Shown here piece after piece: positions 1-38,261 of a stretch of 64,000 bases of DNA. This stretch comes from Euglena gracilis. Taxonomy: Eukaryota. Location of the stretch: assembly GCA_039621445.1 (NCBI GenBank), contig CP154954.1:248001-312000 (forward strand), written 5' to 3'. Position numbers and translations under genes: made by a program. The notes under the pieces are model-generated. The model made no database searches, had not been told where the DNA came from, and saw only the letters and a list, made by a program, of their open reading frames with translations. Numbering within the stretch: the first letter of the stretch is position 1; each line of letters begins with the position of its first letter.

Positions 1-746
1 TTCCAATAAAATTTTATCAAAATCAGTTGACCAAAAATCAGGATTGAAAATTGAAAAATCTTCAACTTTGAAACTTTGTTCGATAGAAGGAATATTTACT
101 GGGTCTTGACTTGACTTTAAATCATCTTCGGAACGATTGTCTTCAGAATTATCATTTTTTTGATCATGATTAAAAGAGAAAAAAGAAGCCAAGATTTTTG
201 AAGATTCTTTAAGTACACCAAAAAATTTAAATGCAAAATTAAATGCGCAATAACCAGAAAAACTAATTACCATAATTACGGCAATTTTGGAAATAAAATT
301 CTTACTATAAAATATTTTAATTTTTTTCCAAAACTCCAAAGCCTTCAACGAAGGGTCGTTTTTCAAAATTTCATTTTTAGAAATTTCAACGGACTTGATT
401 ACTTTTAATGTTCTGTTACCAACTTGAAACAAAAATTACAGTAAAGCGCATATTGGATATAATTTTTCGAAATTATCAATAAAGCCAAAAGAAAAACTTT
501 TGGATCGTTTTTTTTTTTTACTATCCTTAGAAAATTCCTAAGGAAAAAAATTAAATTGTAAAAAGATAAACTAGTATTAACTAACAAATAAATTTTATAA
601 TAATTTAATAAAAAAAAATACAATAAAATTGCATTGCAGGTAGCCAACGAATATCGATTAATTAAAATAGATTTTACTTTAATTATATAGTTCATAAAAG
701 AGTGTAAAAAAACAAAATTTCTAAAGAAATACATCGTAAAAATCAT
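1..746 (-). CDS. 5' part of an unknown plastid ORF (mirror copy of 47231-48377), running off the window start
   Basis: Reverse complement of 47231-47978. It has a homopolymer frameshift near 425-435 relative to the other copy. Confidence 0.4.
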
Positions 747-970
747 AAAATGAATATAAGAAATCGTTTTTTTTTGCTTTTAATTTTCTTTACCTATTTC
801 TATAAATATATAATAAAAAATAAAAAAATAATAATTCTTAATAAAAATAAAAAAAATACAAAAAAAAAATAGATCATTGAATATATATCAATAACTATAT
901 TTTAATTGCATTGTAGGTTAAATGCAAAAAATTCCCGAAGTAATTTTGCAAAAAACCCAAGAATCAAGGG

Positions 971-2225
971 TTATGTACTTATATATACCAATGTACTTAT
1001 ATATACTATATATACCAATGTACTTATATATATTAATGTACTTATATATATTATATATACTATATATACCAATGTACTTATATATATTAATGTACTTATA
1101 TATATTATATATACTATATATACCAATGTACTTATATATATTAATGTACTTATATATATTATATATACTATATATACCAATGTACTTATATATATTAATG
1201 TACTTATATATATTATATATACTATATATACCAATGTACTTATATATATTAATGTACTTATATATATTATATATACTATATATACCAATGTACTTATATA
1301 TTAATGTACTTATATATTATATATACTATATATACCAATGTACTTATATATATTAATGTACTTATATATATTATATATACTATATATACCAATGTACTTA
1401 TATATATTAATGTACTTATATATTTTATATACTATATATACCAATGTACTTATATATATTAATGTACTTATATATATTATATATACTATATATACCAATG
1501 TACTTATATATATTAATGTACTTATATATATTATATATACTATATATACCAATGTACTTATATATATTAATGTACTTATATATATTATATATACTATATA
1601 TACCAATGTACTTATATATATTAATGTACTTATATATATTATATATACTATATATACCAATGTACTTATATATATTAATGTACTTATATATATTATATAT
1701 ACTATATATACCAATGTACTTATATATATTAATGTACTTATATATATTATATATACTATATATACCAATGTACTTATATATATTAATGTACTTATATATA
1801 TTATATATACTATATATACCAATGTACTTATATATATTAATGTACTTATATATATTATATATACTATATATACCACTGTAACTTATATATATTAATGTAC
1901 GTATATAGATTATATATACTAATATATAACCAATGTACTTCTATATATTCTAATGTACTTATATATATTATCTATACTGCTCTATAGGCAATGTACTTAT
2001 ATATTTCATGTACTTATATATATTCATATACTATATATACCAATGTACTTATATATCATTATGGTACTTATATATATTATATATAACTATACTATCTATA
2101 CCAATGTTACTTATATATATTTAATGTACTTATATAGATTATATATACTATATCATACCAATGTACTTATATATATTAATGTACTTATATATATTATTAT
2201 TATCCTATATATACCAATGTACTTA
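971..2225 (+). repeat. VNTR: tandem 54-bp repeat CCAATGTACTTATATATATTAATGTACTTATATATATTATATATACTATATATA
   Basis: About 16 clean units to ~1875, then degraded units to ~2225. The unit is 18+18+18 nt. It matches the known 54-bp E. gracilis plastid VNTR. Confidence 0.95.
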
Positions 2226-2250
2226 AATGTTCTTTACTTAATATTTTCTA

Positions 2251-2365
2251 CACCAGTCTCCTTGGTTACCAAGCAAGTGCCAAATTTACTATAATGTGTA
2301 GACTAAACGCGCGTTTTGTAGAATTCGAACCTACTAATCAGGTTTATGGCGACCTACCTGCCTTA
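2251..2365 (-). pseudogene. Fragment of the rrn leader containing the 3' half of pseudo-trnW
   Basis: The reverse complement resembles 52933-53041 (TAAGGCGTAGGTCTCCAAAACCTGATGTAGTAGGTTCGAATCCTACAAAGCGCG...CTTGCTTGGTCACCAAG), with many errors. Confidence 0.7.
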
Positions 2366-4040
2366 GGGTTTTTTATTGATTAATTACCCTGGATTTATTA
2401 TTTATTCATAATCCATCCATACGTCAAGTCCGGATGGAAGAACTGGTTGGTTATTTCTGCCAGATAAAAGATGTTTACTTTCCAAGATAATATTTTAAGG
2501 TTTAAGATTTCAAGATAAACAAAGTTTATAAGTGTTAGTTAATTATTACAGTTCATTATCAGAGATAGGTTTTTCAGAAAAATGATATAATGAAAAAATA
2601 GAAGATGTTTAGAGCTAACAATATTTTTACATGAGTTACATATTTAATGTAATATAAAATTGTATGTTTCGTAGGATTTTACTTAGAAACAAACAGAAAT
2701 GTCTAGATATATATATAGAGTTTTTCTCAATTTCTATTATTCTTGTTCTTATTCAATGTTAGATTATTATTCGTGATGATAGATTATCTTACTTATTATT
2801 ATTATTCCTGTAATCACTTATGCTATTATTCTTCTGAAACGTCATATTCAAGTTACTTAATATATAATTATGGTAGACTAAATGATTGTACTCTAAAAGT
2901 TCGATCTCATTTTTTATGAATAAATACAATACTAAAAATTAATTGTAAGGTATTAAATATTAATAATATTTTGTAACTACTTTTGATTTATTCATCTGTA
3001 CTTCTTGTAATACTTCTTTATATCAAAAATGTGGGTAAATTATTTGTATTAGTTTAATCGGCAAAAAGCTTTGTTAAACAAAATTTTGCTTGTTGCTGGA
3101 AATTAAAATTTTACGAAAATGACAATGATTACACTATTTGTGATAATAGTTTATTACTAAATATGTATATTTATACTAATATTATTTCAAAAATAGGTAA
3201 TAATAATAGATTATTTAAGATTTAAAATAATCTATATAAATACTTTATAGTAGTTATTATGTATTAAACGCGTTTTTATTATTTTTTACTGTCACTAAAA
3301 TTTTTCAAGAAGCTATTAAAATTTTAAAAGTGTTATAATTTATATATTTTTAAAAATAAATTTTTGTATATATATAATTCTGTTGTACACTTTTTTGTAA
3401 TAAAGTTTGTAAATTCCAGAAAATTATATGTTTTAGAATATTTTATTTTTATTCAATTATTATTCTATGATATTTTTTATACACCCAGATAGTTTTATCT
3501 TGTTAACTCATCAATACTCATCAATATAGTAAACAATAAAAATTTTGAAAACAATGTGAATCATGTTCGTTTCAAAAGTAATCCAAGTCATTAAAATTAT
3601 TACTTTGCAAGAGAATTTATGATTTGAAATTAGATTCATTTTAAAAATCAAAATTTTGAATTAATTTAATTTCCTTTTATCCATAAATAGTAATTTAAAA
3701 TTCAAAATTAGCTTTTCTAATGTTTTTTGCTTAAACCTATAAGTTTGTCTTTAAGAAGTAAATCTAGTTCACATTTTACTTTTTCTTTTTAGTTTCATAA
3801 TTTTTCAAAGTCTATATTATTATTTTAACTAATAATAAAATTTTTACATAATTATGTAAAAAACAAAAAATCAATATCAACTATTGTTTTGTAAGATTTC
3901 AATCTACGACATCACGTTTTGGGTACTTTCCATTATTCAAATTTTGTTATAAATTTAACATTTTTCAAAATAAAAGACGTTGATTTTAATCTAGATATAT
4001 ATTGCAACTTTTTTATTAACGTTTTTTATTTCGAGAGTTT

Positions 4041-4119
4041 TACCTTCGACCGGACTCGAACCGGCAAGCTTATGCATGTGATTTTGAATCACACGTGTTT
4101 ACCATTTCACCACGAAGGA
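4041..4119 (-). tRNA. trnL-CAA: tRNA-Leu(CAA)
   Basis: Cloverleaf with anticodon arm TGTGATT-CAA-AATCACA, a long variable arm and GGTTCGAGTCC T-loop. Confidence 0.93.
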
Positions 4120-4200
4120 AGAATATTTTTAACATTTTTAATGTATTTTCTGAAATACTTCTCAGAAAATGTAAATTAGTTTTCTTGTTTTAGCTATTTT

Positions 4201-5579
4201 TTAGTAATTGAACACTTTTTTAAAGGTTTCTTGCACTTTATATCCCGAATCTATTGATTCTAAAGGGTCTTTACGTAATCGATGTCGTAAACAAAGCGTA
4301 ATTACAGTGAAAATGTCTTTAGGTGTTACTTCTGTGCGATCTTCAAATGCTACTAATGCTTTTGCTGCACGACTTGTTACCATATCTCCTCTTAGTCCAT
4401 CAACATTTAGTTCAGAACAGATTTGTGATATTTTTTCTAAAAGTTCGTATTTTATTATTATGTTTTTTAATTTTTTTCTTGCATTTATAATTTTTTCCAT
4501 TAGTTTATTTTGTTCTTCCTTATATTTTTCTTTGAACTCTTTAGGGCTTTTTTCAAATAGTTCTCGTTGTTGTACTATTTTTACACGAAGCGCTGGTTCC
4601 TTTAGTGTTTTAATTTGTGCATGCATTCCGAATCTATCTAGTAATTGTGGTCTAAGTTCTCCTTCTTCAGGATTTCCTGATCCTACTAGTATAAATCTTG
4701 CAGGATGGCAAATCGAAACTCCTTCTCTTTCTACCGTGTTCCATCCTGAAGCAGCGGAATCTAATAAAACGTCAACTAAATGGTCATCTAATAAGTTAAC
4801 TTCATCAACGTACAATATTCCTCTATTTGCTTGTGCTAGTAGACCAGGTTCGAATGCTTTTTTTCCTTCGGATATTGCTTTTTCTATATCTATTGTTCCA
4901 CAAACACGATCTTCAGTTGCACCTAATGGTAAATCAACCATAGGTGTTTTAACTTGAATTATCGATACTTTTTCGTTTTTTTTTATTTTTTCTAGAACGT
5001 CATCTGACATTAATTCTGTATCATATGGATCAGAATTATATGGGTCGTTTTCTATTACATCAATAGGTGGTAGTAAGTCAACAAGCGCTCTAACTATTGT
5101 TGACTTTCCTGTTCCTCTATCACCCATTATCATAACACCTCCTATTTTTGGATCTATTACATTTAAGATTAATGATAATTTCATAAAACTAAATTTTATT
5201 TGTTTTCAAACTATACGTGGTTTATCCTTTTAGCTTTGTTTTTTATTTATAAATTGTTATTTTATGTTCTTTTGGATTTTCTATAGTTTTCCAAACTGCT
5301 TCCAATTAGCTACAATAAATTTTAATAATTTACAAAATTTTTTTAGTTGTGTTGAAAATTCAGTATTTTATTTGCCAATTTGTTTTATTTTTTATTTATT
5401 AATTGTAGTTTAGAGGGTAGTAATTATTTTTAATAATAATAATTATTATTTTTTAAATTTATAATATTATTTTATTAAGTTTTTTATTTGAATGTGCAAT
5501 GTGTTTAGCCACACATCTCTTCTTGTCCAACAATAGAAGTAAAAGGAAATACAGGCCTTTCGTTAGTTTTTTTATTCAT
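4201..5579 (-). CDS. chlI: Magnesium chelatase subunit I; exons 5579-5515 and 5182-4201 (348 aa)
   Basis: Exon 1 [21 protein letters not shown] joins the ORF with Walker A GDRGTGKS and [10 protein letters not shown]. Spliced length is 1047 nt. Confidence 0.97.
5183..5514 (-). mobile_element. chlI intron (332 nt, Euglena group II type)
   Basis: 5' GTGTGG and 3' TTTAGTTTTAT boundaries; removing it restores the frame. Confidence 0.9.
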
Positions 5580-5717
5580 AGTAAATTGATAGATTGTTAT
5601 GCAATATTTTTTGCTTGTGTTCCCTTTTTTAGTATATAAATAGGGGATCTTAATACCTAAAATTAGCTCTTTAGTTAATATTAGAGATTACTTATTTTAT
5701 ATTACAAAATATTATTT

Positions 5718-28276
<22,559 letters not shown>

Positions 28277-28334
28277 ATTTTGTAATTTAAATATAAGTTA
28301 AAAATAATTTATATTTAATTTGTGTGTTTTAAAT

Positions 28335-28416
28335 GCCTTCGTGGTGAAATGGTAGACACTCATGACTTAAAATCATGTGCTTATAAAGCGTACCGGTTCA
28401 ACTCCGGTCGAAGGTA
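28335..28416 (+). tRNA. trnL-UAA: tRNA-Leu(UAA), intronless
   Basis: GCCTTCG/CGAAGGT acceptor stem, CATGACT-TAA-AATCATG anticodon arm and a long variable arm. Confidence 0.94.
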
Positions 28417-28502
28417 TATATAATAAAATATTTAATTTTTTATGTTATAATTTTATCAACAGTCGCGTTTGCGACTGGGAGATTAATTTAATTAATTTAT
28501 TG

Positions 28503-31469
<2,967 letters not shown>

Positions 31470-31473
31470 TTTT

Positions 31474-31510
31474 ATATGCTTGTTTTTATCTTTTTTACTA
31501 ACAAGTATAT
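31474..31510 (+). terminator. Putative 3' stem-loop after psbA
   Basis: Inverted repeat ATATGCTTGTT...AACAAGTATAT immediately after the stop codon, followed by a T-run. Confidence 0.45.
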
Positions 31511-33405
31511 TTTTTGTTTTGTTAATTATTTTTTAGTAAGTAGATTTTTAATTAAATAATGTAACGTTTTTAATAATAAAAATCGAATTATTTGGTAAAA
31601 AGCTTTTTTTTAGATTGTTTTTCTTTTTTTGAAAATTATATTAAATTTCTTTCGATTTTAAAAATATTTAACCAATTGAAGTACATAATTTTTTTCTTAT
31701 TTTATATTTTTTACTACTTCAGTTTTTTTAATTTCTTTTAAAATGAATTCGTATCAAGATTGATGATATTAGAAATTACCCTCAAAAATTGTTATGGTTT
31801 ATTTTTATTTACTTTGTTGATATAAAACATATATGAAATAAAATTCATAAAAAACAGTAGTCAGAAGAATTTCTTTGATAAAAATTCTTATTATACAAAT
31901 AAATATTTAACAATTAACTTAATTAATTTAAGTTATTTTATTATTGATCTTAAATTTAGTAATTTTTTTAGATTTTAAAAAATATTTTGTCAATTAGTTT
32001 TTAAGTAGATTTTTAAAATAAAATATTTAATAAAAACTCTTAAAATTAGAAGTTTAATGGACGAACTCTAATCTATTCAACTGACTTAACTAATGTTTGT
32101 AGTGTGTTGTTACACAATTCAAGTATTTGATTGAATTTAATAGATTCATATCTCACAATCTAAATAATCTCATTTATTTTTTGAGCAATTTGATAGTTAT
32201 TAAAATTGAAGTTTAAAAGAATATAAAATGCAGTATTCGTAAGAGCATCTATATTTTTTAACATCTTTTAGTTTTGTAACAAATAAAATTTATGCATGTT
32301 GTACTTCCATTAAAAACTTATTAAAACTCTAATACTCAGTCCTAGTACAGCGAATGTCCATGAACTCCAACAAATAACACAACTTACTATGAAACTAAAT
32401 GTAAAAATTACAATTCTTGGATCGGTATTTTAATATTGAAGGAAACTACTTTAGATAATTTTTCCAAGTATTCTTTTTTATGATTTCACTTAATGCTTCT
32501 GGATTTACGTTTGTAGCGATATTAATAACTTTTTTTAATGCTTGCCTTTTTTACCAATAGGAGCTTGGTATACATACTTTTCTTGAATTTCTGGAAGATC
32601 CTAGTTAATTTTCTGTAGTTCATCCAGTGGCTTTTGATTTAAACTTGAATTACGTGAAATTAATTCTGTTAAAACCCTGATCTTAGAATTTGGAATAACA
32701 ATAACGTAGAGAAGTGTCCAAAAAAGAATTCATCCTATGGCAATCAATATTTTTCTAAATTTTCGGAAAAATCAAGAGATAAATGGCAAATAAGAGAGGA
32801 TTTATTGAAATACGAAGTACCATAATTAGAAGAATTAGAAGTTTTTTTTACGAAAGAACAAACGAAATAGAATTTTTTGAACATATGTTATTATCTTAGG
32901 GTGTCTAAAAAGTTAATTAATTTTCCCAAATTTATTACAATAAAATATAACATTTAACAAAACGTTACATTAAAATTTTTATAGTATGTAAATTAGAAAA
33001 CATATAAAACCGATATCATTTTTTTTGTATATTCCCTTTTAAAGAATGTTTAACGCGTAAATAATTTACTACAAAACTACAAATTTTGTTAAAGTTGAAA
33101 TCATTCCATTATTTGAGGTAAATAAAGATTTTTATTAAAATTTACTTTTAATAATGAAATTATTATGTGTTCAGCTAAAAATTTTGTTTTAGTTTTTATG
33201 TTTGTTTAAAGAAAAAGAAGATACGTTAGGGAAGATTTTCTAAATGTTTCTAAATGTAAATTATTTTTTAATTAGCTTTTTTCTTACTCTCTTGTTTTAT
33301 ATTTTAAGGTCATTTATTTTTTTTGTAGAAGTTTCATAAATGTAAATTATTCCAGAATTTTAAGGAACTACTTGATCTAAATATTATCTTATTTTTTTTT
33401 CGGAT

Positions 33406-33477
33406 TGTCACAGATAGGATTCGAACCTACACAAAACAACTTAGAAGGTTGATGCCCGTCCATTAGGCGACTGTGAC
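33406..33477 (-). tRNA. trnR-UCU: tRNA-Arg(UCU)
   Basis: GTCACAG/CTGTGAC acceptor stem, CAACCT-TCT-AAGTTG anticodon arm and GGTTCGAATCC T-loop. Confidence 0.92.
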
Positions 33478-33532
33478 TATATATATTTTAGTTTTTTAGA
33501 TAAATTTATTACTAATAATAAATTTATACTTT

Positions 33533-33661
<129 letters not shown>

Positions 33662-33690
33662 TTAAAATTTTTAGGTGCTATTAGATAAAA

Positions 33691-33730
33691 TTATAAATTT
33701 CCTTTACGAATGAAAATATAATTAGTGGTT
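33691..33730 (-). CDS. ycf12: Probable 3' end of Ycf12/Psb30 (rest lost in degraded sequence)
   Basis: Reads ...YIFIRKGNL*, the typical Ycf12 C-terminus, directly upstream of psaM. Confidence 0.55.
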
Positions 33731-33829
33731 TAGTTATTAACGATTATTGTTTTTTTTTAGATCTAATTTATATTTTTTATAATATTTTTTTATTATTTAT
33801 TAAAGTATTTTTAATAAATCTATTCATTT

Positions 33830-34002
33830 TCTTTTTTTTTATTTTAATTTTTTTATTATTATTTTTCCTTTTTAATTCTTTTTTCTTTTTTTCTTTTTTC
33901 TTTTTCTTTTTTTTTTTTATTTTTTTTTTTTCTTTTTTTTTTTTGTTTTTTTTACTTTTTTTTTTTATATATTTTTTTTCTTTTTTTTAATCTTTTTCTT
34001 TT

Positions 34003-34057
<55 letters not shown>

Positions 34058-34059
34058 CT

Positions 34060-34102
<43 letters not shown>

Positions 34103-36877
34103 TTTTTTTTTTTATGTTTTTTCTTTTTTATTTTTTTCCATTTTTTTTTGAGTTTTTTTTTTTTTTTTTTATTCTTCATTTTTTCCTTACCTTTCTCATA
34201 AAGCATTTTATTTTTTTTTCCTTTTTTTTTTTAGATCTTCCTTTGTTTTTTTTTGTATTTTTTTTCATTTTTATTTTTTTCAAACATTTTTTATTTTCAA
34301 TTTTTTTCTTTTTTTTTTATTTACTTATATTTTTTTTTACTTTTATTTTTTTCTTTCTTTTTTTTTTTATTTTTTCCTCGATTAGACCCTTGTATTTCTT
34401 TTCTTTTTTACTTTCCAATATTTTATTTTTTTTTTTTTCCACTTTTCTACCCTCACTTTGTTTATCTTTTTATTTATTTTTTTATTTTTTTTTTTTCCTT
34501 TTTTTTTTAAATTCATTTTTTTCATTTTTCACTTTTTTTTTATTTTATTTGTGTTTTTTTTTTTTTATTTTCATTTTTGTTTTATTTTCTTTTTTATTTC
34601 CTAATCCTTCTTAATTTTTTTCTTTTTTTTTTTTTTATTCTTTTTTTTTTTAATTTTATTTTTGATTTTCTTTTGCATTTTTTTTTTTAATTTTTTTTTT
34701 TTTTTTTTTTTTTTTTATTTTTTTTTTTTTTTTTTTTTTTTTCTTTTTTTTATTTTTCTTTTTTTTTTTTTTTTATTTCTTTTTCTTTTTTTTTATTTTT
34801 TTTCCTTTTTTTTTTTCGTTTTCTTTTTTTCTTTTTTTATTTTCTTTTATTTTTTTTTTTTTTTCTTTTTTTTTATTATTTAATTTTTATTTTATTTATT
34901 TTTTTCTCCCATTTTTTCCTTTTTTTTTTATTTTTTTTTTTTTTCTTTTTTTTTTTTGTTTTTTATTGTTTTTTTTTTTATTTTTTTTGTCTTTCTTTTT
35001 ATCTTCTTTTTTTTTTTTTTTTTTTTTTTCCTTTTCTATTTTTTTATATTTTTAATTTCTTTTTTTCTTTTTTTTTTTATTTTTTTTTTTATTTTCTTTT
35101 CTTTTCCTCCTTTTTTTTTTTTTTATTTTCCTGTTTTTTTTCTTTTTCCTCCTTATTTTTCTTTTTTTTTTTTTTTTCTTTTTTTTCTTCTTTTCTTTTT
35201 TTGTTTTTTCTTTTTTTATCTTTTTTTTGTATCTTTTTTTTTTTTTTTCTTTTTTCTTTTCTTTTGTTTCTCTTCCCTTCTCTTTGTCTTCTTTTCTTTT
35301 TTTTTCCTTTTTCTTCTTTTTTCTTTTCTCTTTCTTTTTCTCTTTCTTTTTTTTATTTTTCTTTTTTCTTTTCTTTTTTTTATGCTCTTCTTTCTCTCTT
35401 TTTATTTTTTTTTTCTTCTTTTTTCCCTTTTCCCTTTTTTCTTTTATTTTTTTTTTTCCCTTTTTTTTTCCTTTTCCTTTCTTTTTTCTTCCTCCTCTTC
35501 TTTCTTTTCCCTTCTCTTCTCTTTTTCTTTTTTTCTTTTTTATTTCTTCTTTTTTTTCCTTCTTTTTCATTTTTTTTTTTTTCTTTTTTCCTTCTTTTTC
35601 CTTTTCTTTTTTTTTTCTTTCCCTTTTTTTTTCTTTTCTTTTTTTCTCCTTCCTCTTTCTTTTCTTCTTCTTTTTTTTTTTTTTTCTCTTCTTCCTCTTA
35701 TTTTTCTTTCTTTTCTTTTTTTTTTTTTTCTCTTTTCTTCTTTTTTTTTTCTCTTTTTTTTCTCTTTTTTTTTTTTCCTTTTCCTTTCTTTACTTCCTTT
35801 TCTCTTTTTTTTTTTTCCTTCTTCCCCCCTTTTTTTTTTTTTTTCTTTTCTTTTTCTTTTTTTTTTTTTTTTTTTTTCTTTTTTTTCTTTCTTTTTTTTT
35901 TTTTTCCTTTCTTTTTTTTTTTTTTTTTTCTCTTTTTTTTTTTTTTTTTCTTTTTCACTTTTTTTTTTTTTTCTTTTCTTCTTTTTTTTTTTTTTTTTTT
36001 TCTTTTCTTCTTTTCTTTTCTTTCTTCCTCCCTTTTTTTATTTTTTTCTTCTTTTTTTCTTCTTTCTTTCTTTTTCTATTTCCTATTCCTTTTTTTCTCT
36101 TTTTTTCCTTTTATTCTTTTCTCCTTCCTCCTTTTTTTCTTTTTCTTTTTTTCTCTTCCTTTTCCCCCTTTTTCCCTTTCTTTCTTTTATTTCCTTTGTT
36201 TTTTCTTCTTTCTTTCATTTTCCTTCTTTTTTCTTTCTTTTCTTTTTTTCTCCTTCTTTGTTTTTTTCTTTTTTTTTTCTGTCTTTTTTTTTCTTTTCTT
36301 CTTTTTTTTCCTGTTCTTTTTTTTTTCTTTTTTCCTTTCTTCCTCTCTTTCTTTCTTTTTTTTTCCCTCCTTTCCTCTTTTTCTTTTTTCTTTCTTTCCC
36401 TTTTTTTTTCTCTCTTCCTTTTCTCTTTTCTCTTTTTTTTTTTCCCCTTCCTCTCTTTACTCTTCCCTTTTTTCCTTTCTTTCTCTTGTTCTTTTTCTCT
36501 TTCCTTTTCCTTCTTTTTCTTTTTCCCCTTCCTTCCCTTTTTTTCTTTTTTTTTTCTTTTCTCCCTCTCTTTTTTCACCTTTTCTTTTTTTTTTCCTTTC
36601 TTTTTTCTCTTCTTTTCCTTTTCTTTTTTTTTTTTTTTTCTTTTCCTTTTTTTTTTCTTTCTTTTTTTCTCCTTTCTTCCTCTTTCTTCTTTTTTTTTTC
36701 TCTTCTTTCTTCCCCTTTTTCCTTTTTTATTCTTCCCTCTTTTTCTCCTCTTTTTTCCCTCCTTCTTTGTTTTTTATTTTTTTTTTCTTTTCTTTTTTTT
36801 TCTTTCTTTGTTTCTCTGTTTTTTTTTTTTTTTCTTTCCCTTTTTTTTCTTTTTTTTTTTTTTTCTTTTTCTTTCTT

Positions 36878-36908
<31 letters not shown>

Positions 36909-38261
36909 CTTTTCCCTTCCTTTCTTTCTTTTTTTTTTTTTATTTTTCTTTTTCTTTTTTTTCCCTTTTTTCTTTCTTTTCTTTTTTCCTTTTTCTTTTC
37001 TTTTTTTTTTTTTTTTTTCCCTTCTTCTCTTTCTCTTTTTTTTTTTCTTTCCCCCCTTTTCTTTCTTTTCTTTTTTTCTTCTTTTCCTTTCCTTTCCCCC
37101 CCTTTTTCTCTGTTCTCTTCTTCTTTTCTTCCTTTTCCTTTTTCCCTTTTTCTTCTTTTCTTTTTTTTTTTTTTCTCTTTTTTTTTCTTTTCCTTTTTTT
37201 CCTCTTTTTTTTTTCTTTTTTCTCTTTTTCGTTTTCCCCATTTCTTCCTTTTTTTTCTTTTTCTTTCTTCTTTCTTTCTCTTTTTTTTCCTCTTTCTTTT
37301 TTTTTCTCCTTTTTTCTTCTTTCCCCTTCTCTCCCCTTTCCTTTTTTTTTTTTTTTTTTTTTTTTTATCTCTTTTTTTTTTTTCCCCCGCCTCCTTTTTT
37401 TTTTCCTTTTTTCCTCCCTTTTTTTTTCTTTTTCTGTCCTTTCCCTTCTTTTTTCTTTTTCCTCTCCCCCTTTTCTTTTCTCTTTCTTTCCCCACTTTCC
37501 TTTTTTTTCTTCATTTCTTTCTCCCCCTTTTTTTTTTTTCCTTTTTTCTTTTTCCTCCTCTTCCCCCCCTTCCTTTTTCTTTTACCTTTCTTTTTTTTTT
37601 CTCCTTTCCCCTTTTTTTTTTTTCTTTTTCTTTTCCCTTTTTTTTTCCTTCTCCCTTTTTTTTCTTCTTTTTTCCCCCTTTTTTTCTCCTTCTTTTTTTC
37701 TTCTTTCCTTTCTTTTTTTTTTTTTTTTTTTCTCTTTTTTTCTTTTTTTTCTCCCTTTTTTTTTATTCCTTTTTTTTCTTTTCCCCCCTTTCCCTTCTTC
37801 CTGTTTCCTCCTTTTATTTTTCTTCCCCCTTTCTTTCCCCATCTCCCTTTTCTTCTCTTATCCCCCTTTTCTCCCTTTTCTTTTTTTTTTTTCCTTTCCC
37901 CTCTTTCCACCCTTTCCCCCCTTCTCTTTTTTTTTTTTCCCTTTTTTTCCTCCCTTTTTTTCCTTTTCTCTCTTTTCTTCTCCTTCTCACCCTTCACCCT
38001 TTTTTTCACCTTTTCCTTTCTTTTCCCTTTTTTCCCCCCTTTTTTTTTTTTCTCCCTTTCGTCTTCTTTTTTTTTTCCTCCCCCTTTTTTCTTCCTTTTT
38101 TCTCCTCCCCCTTTTTCTTAATTTTTTTTTTTTCCCCTTTTTTCACCTCCTTTTTTTTTTTTCCTCTCCTTCCCTCTCCTTTTCTCCCTCTTTTTCTTCT
38201 TTTCCTTTCTTCCTTCTCTGTTCTCCTTTCCTTCTCTTTTCCCCCCTTGATTTTTACATTT
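33830..38261. other. Poly-T/TC low-complexity block at the strand switch, probable sequencing artefact
   Basis: About 4.4 kb of aperiodic pyrimidine runs joining forward sequence to reverse-complement sequence. Confidence 0.9.

Noticed and set aside
971-2225. CRISPR-like array
   Set aside because: Units are contiguous with no unique spacers, and there are no cas genes.
906-2294. Many Y/I/L-rich ORFs over the VNTR (also 45786-47072)
   Set aside because: The 54-bp unit is a multiple of three and stop-free in several frames, so these are repeat translations.
4208-4957. 249-aa ORF antisense to chlI (and 43330-43782)
   Set aside because: Shadow frame of a conserved gene.
31520-33400. 1.9-kb spacer between psbA and trnR with coding-like patches
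   Set aside because: No ORF in the supplied track and no motif I could recognise; a frameshift-aware BLASTX would be needed.
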